A stretch of DNA of 64,000 nt from Gemmatimonadaceae bacterium (GTDB taxonomy: Bacteria; Gemmatimonadota; Gemmatimonadetes; Gemmatimonadales; Gemmatimonadaceae). The position numbers were made by a program, and so were the translations under genes. The stretch is from the NCBI GenBank assembly GCA_051859245.1, contig JBHYGA010000005.1, positions 1 through 64,000 of the forward strand, in the 5' to 3' direction. Shown piece after piece: positions 1 through 7,885 of this stretch. Every line of letters starts with the position of its first letter. The first letter of the stretch is position 1. The notes under the pieces were generated by a model. The model made no database searches. It saw nothing but the letters and a program-made list of their open reading frames with translations, and had not been told where the DNA came from.

Positions 1-75
1 ATTCGGTCATTCGGCCCTTCTGCGGGAGCCCAAGGCCATTCGGCCATTCGGCCTCAACGTTTCGAAACGTTGCAC
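1..75 (+). repeat. Copy 1 of a ~75-bp dispersed intergenic repeat (ATTCGGYC octamers, GGAGCCCAAGGCC core, TTCGAA-centred palindrome)
   Basis: Aligns without gaps to 62459-62533 (64/75 identical by manual count) and to the reverse complement of 62592-62666. Contains the perfect palindrome CAACGTTTCGAAACGTTG at 55-72. May be truncated by the window edge. Confidence 0.9.
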
Positions 76-111
76 CGAGCGACGATCCGGCCGCATCACC
101 CCGCGGCTCTG

Positions 112-1044
112 CTACAACCGATTCTTCTCGTACATAAGATTCCGCGGCGCCACCCGCCACTCGTACCAGCGGTACACCGGATTCCCGCCATTCACCGCCG
201 GGTCCGTCTTCTGTGCCATCACCTTCGCACGAACCTTCAACGCCATCACCTGGTGTCCGTCGTTCGTGGTATCCGCATCCGCGCCATCGTAGCTCGCGTG
301 CTCGATGTCGTTGTTAAAGATCAGCGACGCTTCCCAGTTCTCCACGCCATCGGCGAGTACCTGTCCCATTGGCCGGCCGGTACTGGAGTTGAGCCGTTCG
401 GCGCGCATGACGTTCTTGGATGACGCATCGTACCAGTACGCGACGACGTTCAGCTTTTGAATGGCGGTGCCGTAGCGATCAATACGCAGCGAATCGCTGA
501 GCCCAGCGGCGCGACCGAGAATGCGATCCACCGGGAGAAACGTGATGGAGAAGTGGGTGCCAAGATCGCTGGCCGCGTTGACCACGAGCAACCGTCGTTC
601 ACCACCCACCTGCAGCCGCGCCAGGTCGCCTGGTTCGAGATCAAAGGCGCCGTCTTCTTTCAGGAACGTGAGGCAATACGTACCGCAGTTTCCGCCGGGC
701 GGCAGCGGATTGACGGTGTCGTTATCCATCGCGTCAAAGCGATAGGTTGGCGCAACGAGCGGGTCGAAGGGCACTGAAAGAATGGAGACTGTGTCAGCGA
801 ATGTGCCAAGCGATCCGAACACCGGAGTGCTTTCAATGTCGATGCCTGCTTCGGCGGCATCGCGACTGATGGCGATGCCAATAAAGCGTGCGTTTCGGTC
901 AACACCTTCGCGCAGTGTCCAGCCGCGTCGGCTTTCCCACGACTGCACGGCGAACGCCGTAGCGCTGCTCAGAATGACCAGCGCCATGATGAGCGAGATC
1001 AGCAGTTCAACAATCGTGAAACCGCGACGATTTGTAGTCTTCAT
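112..1044 (-). CDS. Type IV minor pilin, PilW-like
   Basis: Class III signal RRG|FTIVELLISLIMALVIL with Glu5. Last gene of the four-prepilin cluster; start overlaps the upstream stop (ATGA). Confidence 0.85.
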   Translation of the reverse strand: MKTTNRRGFTIVELLISLIMALVILSSATAFAVQSWESRRGWTLREGVDRNARFIGIAISRDAAEAGIDIESTPVFGSLGTFADTVSILSVPFDPLVAPTYRFDAMDNDTVNPLPPGGNCGTYCLTFLKEDGAFDLEPGDLARLQVGGERRLLVVNAASDLGTHFSITFLPVDRILGRAAGLSDSLRIDRYGTAIQKLNVVAYWYDASSKNVMRAERLNSSTGRPMGQVLADGVENWEASLIFNNDIEHASYDGADADTTNDGHQVMALKVRAKVMAQKTDPAVNGGNPVYRWYEWRVAPRNLMYEKNRL

Positions 1045-1520
1045 GGTGCCCCCGAAATCCCGCTGCCGCGGTACTGGTACGTAGCGAGACGAACGGGCTG
1101 TCCGGCGCGCGGAAACTCCACGAACATCTCGATCAACAACAGGTTGGAACGCTCTTCGCTCACCACCATACTGCGCGAGTACGGGCCCTGCGAATCAGGC
1201 TGACCGTCGGCGGCAACTTTCACCGCACTTTCCGATTCAAGCGTCCATGGATCGCGCGAGCGCACTTCTTCGAGATACGCGCGCGCAATGGCGAGGGCAT
1301 TGGTGCGATTTTGCGCGAGCGTCTGATTCTTGATGGTGTTGGTATTGGCATTGCCGAGCGCAAGGATTCCGACCGTGAGCAGAATCGTTGCCACGATCAT
1401 GCTCACGAGGGTGAAGCCACGACGTGCGCGCGGTGCGGTTGCCTGTTGCAGCCCCTCGCCGTTGCGCCGTGCACGCACGCGCAAGCGAGTCCGCAGACGG
1501 ACGCCAGAGTTTATTGCCAC
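1041..1520 (-). CDS. Type IV minor pilin, PilV-like
   Basis: RRG|FTLVSMIVATILLTVGILAL followed by a 'NALAIARAYLEEVRS' helix typical of PilV/GspI. GTG at 1520 overlapping the upstream gene end is chosen as start; uncertain. Confidence 0.75.
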   Translation of the reverse strand: MAINSGVRLRTRLRVRARRNGEGLQQATAPRARRGFTLVSMIVATILLTVGILALGNANTNTIKNQTLAQNRTNALAIARAYLEEVRSRDPWTLESESAVKVAADGQPDSQGPYSRSMVVSEERSNLLLIEMFVEFPRAGQPVRLATYQYRGSGISGAP

Positions 1521-2092
1521 TGTTCGTTCCTCCAGCTCCAAAGTCGGATACCGCCACTTCCTGAGACTGCGACCGCGACAACCGCGGACTTGTCGTATTC
1601 GTGCGTGAGATACACAACGCCCGACGAACCAAGCGGTTCAGTGATGCCACGGGTATTGAAGTGCACCCGTTCGTCTTCGAACGTGATCGCGGAGCTGGTT
1701 GCATCATTGGGAATCGCCGGCGCTGCGCCGCGACCAAACTGAACTCGCGGTGTGAACTCACGTCGGCCAAATCCGCGCAATGACCGCTGCTCGATATCGG
1801 ATTCGGCGAAGGTGCCATCGGAATCGTGATCGAGATATCCGACGTAGGCGCCAATCGCACCGCCAGATTCAAACACAAAACGCACATCCGACCGGGTCGC
1901 GAGCGCACGCGTTCGGGCGAGCTCGAGATCCTGCAAGAGTTGCATGCCGGCGAGCTGCACTTCCGTGCTCTCGTTGATGCGGAAGCGCGGGCCAACGATG
2001 GCGACCATCACCCCGATCACGGCCACAACAACCAGCACCTCAATCATCGTAAAGCCTCGTCGCACGCGTGCGAACTGCATGGAGTTGCGCAT
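1511..2092 (-). CDS. Type IV minor pilin, FimT/FimU (GspH-like)
   Basis: RRG|FTMIEVLVVVAVIGVM, the 'LLQDLELARTRAL' helix and 'VHFNTRG' motif of the FimT/GspH family. Confidence 0.85.
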   Translation of the reverse strand: MRNSMQFARVRRGFTMIEVLVVVAVIGVMVAIVGPRFRINESTEVQLAGMQLLQDLELARTRALATRSDVRFVFESGGAIGAYVGYLDHDSDGTFAESDIEQRSLRGFGRREFTPRVQFGRGAAPAIPNDATSSAITFEDERVHFNTRGITEPLGSSGVVYLTHEYDKSAVVAVAVSGSGGIRLWSWRNEQWQ

Positions 2093-2099
2093 GTGAGGC

Positions 2100-3875
2100 T
2101 CAGTAGAGAGGACGGAAGGCCGTTTGAATCACGGTGCCAACGCGTGGCGTACCCGGAGGCAGCAGTCGTGGATCACGAAAGCGAATGTCGAAGCTCCAGT
2201 CACGCGTTGGTGCCGCGTAGTACGGGCCATTGGAGAAGCCAGGATTGATGTTGTTGCCCCACAAGCCCGTGGAATGAGCACTCTCAAACAGCGACACCAG
2301 TGAACCCACGTAGCGGAACGTCACGCCGTTCCAGTTTTCGAGGAACCGCGGGAAGTTTTCCAATCCGCCGCCGTACACTGGCAGCGGGCAGCCGGCGCGT
2401 GCCCAGTCGCACGTTGTGGCGGTGTGGCCAGCGGCGATTGCCGCGTTCACAGTCGTGGTCGTGGGTGCGCGATGTGCGTAGTTCGCCTGATTCGCGTCGT
2501 TCCACGCGTTCGACTGGAACGTGATGGCGTCGGCAAAGAACGCGGCCGGCTTCCAGTTCAGCGTGTTGTAGTCACCGCGCACGTAGAGCGGCGCGCTGGT
2601 GGCCATGGAGAGACCGCCCGCTTCCACGGCGGACCATGAATCGGGTAGTCGCGAACCGTTGATCAAGCGCACGGCCGGATAGTCGCGCGTGTTGTTGCCG
2701 GCGTTCTTGCCGGAGAGATGCACGAACATGATGTCGACGCGACGATTCGCGGGCGCCGCATTCACCCACGTGCGGAGCGCCGACACGTTGATTTCAAGCA
2801 GGTCGGGGCGCAGATCTTCGCGTCCGTCGTAGAACGCATTCTCGCGCTTGGTGAAGATCGTGGCGCACTGTGCCGCCGTGGGAATGGGCCGACCGCCGCT
2901 CCGCACCTGCGCCATGTTCGCGCACGCCGTGCCCGCCGTCGACATATCAAGTTCAATGTACCAGTCGGCTTTCCAGGCCATTTTCACGTCGCGTGTCATT
3001 TCCGTGTCGCCACCATTGCGCGGCTCAATGAGTGTGTACGCGTCAACACCGCTCGGCAGCGGCAGCTTGAGCGGTCGTACGCCGCTTGCGCCCGTCATTA
3101 ACCGATTGTTGAAGCGCAGCGTGCTGCGATTCACGAACCCGGCGCCAGCGTGGCTGCGCGAGTCAAAGTCGAGCAATACCGGACTTCCGGCGGCATTATT
3201 GATGCGTACGCCATTGAGGCGATCATTGGCGTTCTTGCGATTCCAGAACACGCTGTCGGGCGTGGTGATCTGGCTCTGGAAGTTCACACTGTTCGAACTG
3301 ACGTAGATGTTCGAGTTGGAGTGCACCCAGCCCACGAACGTCATGGGCGCGCCAGGCAGAATCTCAAGGTCCTTTTCGTAAAACACACCAAACTGAAACA
3401 GCGGAATCGACTGCGCATTCACCGACAGCACGACCGCGCTCTTGTTGCGCATGGAATCGCGCGCGGTGACCTCAATGTCGATGGGCTGATTGAGCGAGAT
3501 CAACCCGGCAAACGGTCCCGACGTAATGGTCTTCGCAATGGGGGTGCCAGTGGTCTGCGTGTTCGTGGTGAACGCAAAGCCTTCCAGCGACGGCGTCTGC
3601 AGATCGAGCAGATCCTCCGCACCAATCACGCCATCCTGCATCGCGGCATCGAGCTGCGACATGATGTCGTCGGCGCCGCCCTCCGCGGCGTAGGCCGTCT
3701 GGCTGCTCCGGTAATCCGTGACGGACGTACGGGACAGCGTGTTCACAGCGGTGAGTCCGGCCGTGATGATGATGCCAAAGAGCAGCATCAACAACAGCAC
3801 GGCTTCGAGCGCAAAGCCGCGTCGGGGACGCGAGGTGCGAAGGGGACGGCGGCGGGTGGGCAAAGCGGAGGGCAT
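2100..3875 (-). CDS. Large PilX-like minor pilin with extended C-terminal domain
   Basis: RRG|FALEAVLLLMLLFGIII, then the PilX-type 'TAYAAEGG' helix. C-terminal GGLENFPRFLENW motif. ATG at 3875 is preceded by GGAG. Confidence 0.75.
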   Translation of the reverse strand: MPSALPTRRRPLRTSRPRRGFALEAVLLLMLLFGIIITAGLTAVNTLSRTSVTDYRSSQTAYAAEGGADDIMSQLDAAMQDGVIGAEDLLDLQTPSLEGFAFTTNTQTTGTPIAKTITSGPFAGLISLNQPIDIEVTARDSMRNKSAVVLSVNAQSIPLFQFGVFYEKDLEILPGAPMTFVGWVHSNSNIYVSSNSVNFQSQITTPDSVFWNRKNANDRLNGVRINNAAGSPVLLDFDSRSHAGAGFVNRSTLRFNNRLMTGASGVRPLKLPLPSGVDAYTLIEPRNGGDTEMTRDVKMAWKADWYIELDMSTAGTACANMAQVRSGGRPIPTAAQCATIFTKRENAFYDGREDLRPDLLEINVSALRTWVNAAPANRRVDIMFVHLSGKNAGNNTRDYPAVRLINGSRLPDSWSAVEAGGLSMATSAPLYVRGDYNTLNWKPAAFFADAITFQSNAWNDANQANYAHRAPTTTTVNAAIAAGHTATTCDWARAGCPLPVYGGGLENFPRFLENWNGVTFRYVGSLVSLFESAHSTGLWGNNINPGFSNGPYYAAPTRDWSFDIRFRDPRLLPPGTPRVGTVIQTAFRPLY

Positions 3876-4006
3876 GAAAAGGCTCCGGAGAGATGTCAAG
3901 TTTCCTTAAAGAGGAAAGTCGACCATCCGGAGCCTCTTGCGCATGTCTCAACTGGACGCGCGGTTCACGTTTTAACGCCGCAGGCCCGCTGTGTGACGGT
4001 GGGCCT

Positions 4007-5563
4007 CTAACCGGCCGCGGTATCCGTCGTGATGGGACGTGGAAAGAGCGGGACGCCCTTGGTAACACGCCAGCCACTACCAGTAAGACGGTCGAGCGTG
4101 CGAGAAGGCACGTCAGCGGGCCCGCCAGGGGCGCCCAGTGTCTCCCAGAGTACGTTGGCACGCTCGGGCATATACGGGGCAAGCTGTACAGCATGGCGCG
4201 CCAGACGGCGAATCAGGGATGCCAGCACCCGGTCAAGCGCCTTCTCGTTGGCCGGGTCCTTGGCGAGCTGCCACGGCTGCATGGCCTGCGTGTATTCATT
4301 AGCCCGTGCGACCTGGCGTGCCACCGCCGCGAGCCCCTCGTGCAGCAGCCAGCCCCGCGAGCCGTCCAGCGCCGCGTGATAGGCGGCCACATCATCCAGA
4401 TCATCGCGTTCATCATCTGCGGGCGGCGCGTCAGGTACCACGCCGCCGCGGTACTTCTCTACCATGGCCACCGCGCGGCTGGCCAGGTTGCCGAGCGAGT
4501 TGGCGAGATCAGCGGTATAGCGCTCTTCAAAGCGCTCCCACGAAAAGTTGCCGTCGCCATCAAACGGCACTTCGCGGAGCAGCACATAACGAAATGCGTC
4601 AGCGCCGTAGCGATTGATCGCTTCGTGCAGATCGAGTTTGACACCGGCGCTCTTGGAGAAGCGCTCCCCGCCGAGCTGCACAAAGCCGTGCGCCCACACC
4701 TGCTCCGGCAGCGGAAGTCCGGCAGCCTGCAGCATGGCTGGCCAGATCACCACGTGAAAACGGGTAATGTCCTTGCCAATGACATGTAACTGCGCGGGCC
4801 AGCGCGTGTCCCAGTCACCGTCCGGGAAACCGGTGCCGGTGAGATAGTTGGGGAGCGCGTCAAACCACACGTACGTGCCCTGCGTTTCGCCCGTGGACAG
4901 CGGCAGCGGAAACGGCACGGCCCACGCGAGGCGCGCTCGGCTCGCGGACACGTCTTCCAGCCCCTGATCGAGCAAGCCGAGAATCTCGTTGCGGCGACTG
5001 GACGGCTGAATGAAGTTCGGATTGTCCGTGATCAGCGTGCGCAGAAAATCGGTGTAGCGTGACAGCCGGAAGAACCAGTTGCGTTCTTCCACATCTTCGA
5101 GTGCACGCGTGGGGTGCAGCTGACAGAAACCATCCACGATGTCGGTGGGCTGTTTGAACGCCTCACAGCCAACGCAGTACAATCCGCGATAACTGCGCTC
5201 GTAGAAGTCGTCGGGGTTTCGTTCGGCGATGCGACGAATCAGCGCCTGCACACCGATTTTGTGGTGCGGCGTGGTGGTGCGAATAAACTGGTCGTGACTG
5301 AGCCGCAGTTTGCTCCACGTGTCCTGGAAGCGCGCGGCGATCACATCGGTGAAGGCCTGCGCATCGGTGCCCTGCGCAGCGGCGGTCTGCGCCACTTTCT
5401 GCCCGTGCTCGTCCATGCCGATCATGAAGTGCACGTCGTGCCCGGTGGCGCGCTTGTAGCGCGCGATGACATCGGCACCAATTTTCTCGAGCGCGTGACC
5501 GATGTGCGGGTCGCCGTTGGCGTAGTCGATCGCGGTGGTGATATAAAAACGCGGCACAGTCAA
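4007..5563 (-). CDS. metG: Methionyl-tRNA synthetase (short form, no C-terminal tRNA-binding domain)
   Basis: FYITTAIDYANGDPHIGH, DEHGQK, CxxC knuckle, YVWFDAL, IGKDITRFH, and KMSKS-equivalent RFSKS. TTG start overlaps the upstream stop. Confidence 0.96.
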   Translation of the reverse strand: MTVPRFYITTAIDYANGDPHIGHALEKIGADVIARYKRATGHDVHFMIGMDEHGQKVAQTAAAQGTDAQAFTDVIAARFQDTWSKLRLSHDQFIRTTTPHHKIGVQALIRRIAERNPDDFYERSYRGLYCVGCEAFKQPTDIVDGFCQLHPTRALEDVEERNWFFRLSRYTDFLRTLITDNPNFIQPSSRRNEILGLLDQGLEDVSASRARLAWAVPFPLPLSTGETQGTYVWFDALPNYLTGTGFPDGDWDTRWPAQLHVIGKDITRFHVVIWPAMLQAAGLPLPEQVWAHGFVQLGGERFSKSAGVKLDLHEAINRYGADAFRYVLLREVPFDGDGNFSWERFEERYTADLANSLGNLASRAVAMVEKYRGGVVPDAPPADDERDDLDDVAAYHAALDGSRGWLLHEGLAAVARQVARANEYTQAMQPWQLAKDPANEKALDRVLASLIRRLARHAVQLAPYMPERANVLWETLGAPGGPADVPSRTLDRLTGSGWRVTKGVPLFPRPITTDTAAG

Positions 5564-6852
5564 CTGTTGGAAGCAGGAGGAGTAGAACCACTGGGATCAT
5601 CGGTGCGACCATCGTCGCGCGGTCCGCGCTCGCCGCGCAAGCGACGTCCACCACGACGGCCACGCCGGCGCTTGCGACGGGCTTGTTCTTCGGCACTGTC
5701 TGCGGCGGACGAGATTGCGGACGGGTTTGCAGACGAGTCGTTGTCCAGCACGTCTGCTGTGGCGTCTAGATCCTGGTCCGCGCCATCATCCACGTCGGCG
5801 TCGATGTCGGGATCCGCGCTCACGGCAACGAGCGGCTCCGGCGTAACGGCCACGCGCAACTCCATGGTGGACGCGATCTCGTATTCTGCCGTAGCCACGC
5901 CCACGTCGGCCGGCTCATTCACGCTATGAACCGATGATGCGAGATCATCGTCGCGTTGCTCGTTGGTGTCGCTGTCCAACGCCGTGCCGGCAGAACCCGC
6001 CGACAACGGACCACCACCGGCGAGTGTGACTTCGTCACGCAACGCGGCCAGCGGAACCACACGCGTGTCACCTTCCGGATTGCGCAACGTGACAGTGTCG
6101 CGAAAAATGTCGCAGGCAACGACCTTTTCTTCGCCCGTGGCGGTGCGCAGAATCTTGCCTTCTTTGGGGAAGCGACGGCGACTCTGCACGTAAAACTCGT
6201 GCTCGTATCGCAAGCAACACATGAGCCGACCACAAGCGCCGGAAATCTGTGTGGGATTCAGCGACAGTCGCTGATCTTTGGCCACGCCAAGATTGACCGG
6301 CCGCAGGTCTGGCAACCAGCTGGCTGAGCAGTACTCACGACCGCAGCGACCGATGCCCGAGAGACGTTTGGCTTCGTCGCGCACACCGATCTGCTTGAGT
6401 TCAATGCGCGTGCGAAAGAGACCGGCGAGTTCACGCACCAGCGCCCGAAAATCAATGCGCTTTTCGGCCGTGAAATAGAGCGTGAGTTTGCGGCGATCCC
6501 ACTGCCACTCCGCGTCAGAAATTTTCATGACCAGACCAGCCGCACGTGCGCGTTCATGCGATGTGCGGCGGGCGGTTTCGTTTTCTTCTTTCAGCGTGGC
6601 GCTGCGTGCGATCTCCTCCGGGCTGGCGAGTCGCAGTGCGCGATCAGTTGGCGCCGGCGCAGATCCGCAGCCATGCGCGCAGCCGCTGCAGCGCTTTTGT
6701 GCCAGCTCACCGGTTGCGTGCACATGGCCGAGATCTTCGCCCCGATCTGCTTCCACGATGATGGGCGCGCGAAGCGGTGGCGGGGCCTCACCCGTCCACT
6801 GAAAAAACGCTTTGCGATTGCCGCTGAACGCGACCTCGATGAGATGCGTCAT
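5560..6852 (-). CDS. ricT: PSP1-domain / RicT (YaaT) family Fe-S protein with long disordered C-terminal tail
   Basis: FYFTAEKRIDFRxLV-type motif, RIELKQIGVRDEAK, GxCGREYCS, AKDQxLSLNPTQISGACGRLMCCLRYE. Start set at ATG 6852 because the ORF extension overlaps accA. Confidence 0.9.
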   Translation of the reverse strand: MTHLIEVAFSGNRKAFFQWTGEAPPPLRAPIIVEADRGEDLGHVHATGELAQKRCSGCAHGCGSAPAPTDRALRLASPEEIARSATLKEENETARRTSHERARAAGLVMKISDAEWQWDRRKLTLYFTAEKRIDFRALVRELAGLFRTRIELKQIGVRDEAKRLSGIGRCGREYCSASWLPDLRPVNLGVAKDQRLSLNPTQISGACGRLMCCLRYEHEFYVQSRRRFPKEGKILRTATGEEKVVACDIFRDTVTLRNPEGDTRVVPLAALRDEVTLAGGGPLSAGSAGTALDSDTNEQRDDDLASSVHSVNEPADVGVATAEYEIASTMELRVAVTPEPLVAVSADPDIDADVDDGADQDLDATADVLDNDSSANPSAISSAADSAEEQARRKRRRGRRGGRRLRGERGPRDDGRTDDPSGSTPPASNS

Positions 6853-6859
6853 ACGGCTA

Positions 6860-7825
6860 TCACTCGATGAACTGCCCCATGCGCAAGAACTTCTCGCGAC
6901 GCTTGCGCACGAGCTGTTCCGGCTTGCGCCGCTTGAGTTCATCGAGATGGCGCACGAGTGTCTCGCGAAGTGTGGCGGCCGTTTTCTCGTGATCCGAGTG
7001 CGCTCCGCCAATCGGTTCGGGGAGAATCTCGTCGATCACGCGCAGCTCAAAGAGATCCTGGGCCGTAATGCGCAGCGCCGTCGCGGCCTTTTCGCGCATT
7101 TCCACGCTCTTGCCGTCTTTCCACAGAATGGCGGCGCAGCCTTCCACCGTAATCACGGAGTAGACGGCATTCTCGAACATCATGACACGGTCGGCAACGC
7201 CGAGCGCGAGCGCGCCACCGGACCCACCTTCACCGATCACCGTGGCAATGATGGGCACCTTGAGCTGGCTCATTTCGAACAGATTGCGCGCGATCGCTTC
7301 ACTCTGTCCGCGTTCTTCCGCGCCAAGACCGGCCCATGCACCTGGGGTGTCGATGAGCGTGATGACCGGCACCTGAAATTTTTCCGCGAGCTTCATCAGG
7401 CGCAGTGCCTTGCGATAGCCCTCGGGATGCGGCATGCCAAAGTTGCGCTTGAGATTTTCCTTGGTGTCGCGGCCGCGCTGATGGCCAATCACCATGACGG
7501 TTTCGCCGTCGAGTCGCGCCCAGCCACCAACAATGGCCGCGTCGTCGCGAAACGCGCGGTCGCCGTGCAACTCAATAAAGTCAGTGAACGCGAGACGGAT
7601 GTAGTCGAGCGTGAACGGCCGCTTGGGAATGCGCGCCACCTGCACGCGCTGCAGCGGCGTGAGCCCACGATAAATGCTCACGCGCAAATCACTGAGCTTC
7701 TGCTCAAGCGGCGCGAGCTCCGCTGCAACATCGAGGTCCCGGTCGCCCGCAAGGCGACGCAGTTCATCTATCTGGCGTTCGAGGTCGGCAATCGGCCGTT
7801 CGAAATCGAGCGAAGGAGCAGCCAT
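6860..7825 (-). CDS. accA: Acetyl-CoA carboxylase carboxyltransferase subunit alpha
   Basis: [41 protein letters not shown]; located downstream of dnaE as is common. Confidence 0.97.
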   Translation of the reverse strand: MAAPSLDFERPIADLERQIDELRRLAGDRDLDVAAELAPLEQKLSDLRVSIYRGLTPLQRVQVARIPKRPFTLDYIRLAFTDFIELHGDRAFRDDAAIVGGWARLDGETVMVIGHQRGRDTKENLKRNFGMPHPEGYRKALRLMKLAEKFQVPVITLIDTPGAWAGLGAEERGQSEAIARNLFEMSQLKVPIIATVIGEGGSGGALALGVADRVMMFENAVYSVITVEGCAAILWKDGKSVEMREKAATALRITAQDLFELRVIDEILPEPIGGAHSDHEKTAATLRETLVRHLDELKRRKPEQLVRKRREKFLRMGQFIE

Positions 7826-7885
7826 GGAAGTCTCTGAAAGTGCCGCGCCATGTCAGGCGCGGGCAAACAACAACAGTGAGCGAAG

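Noticed and set aside
6853..7011. N-terminal extension of the RicT ORF
   Set aside because: It overlaps accA in another frame; ATG 6852 follows the accA stop.
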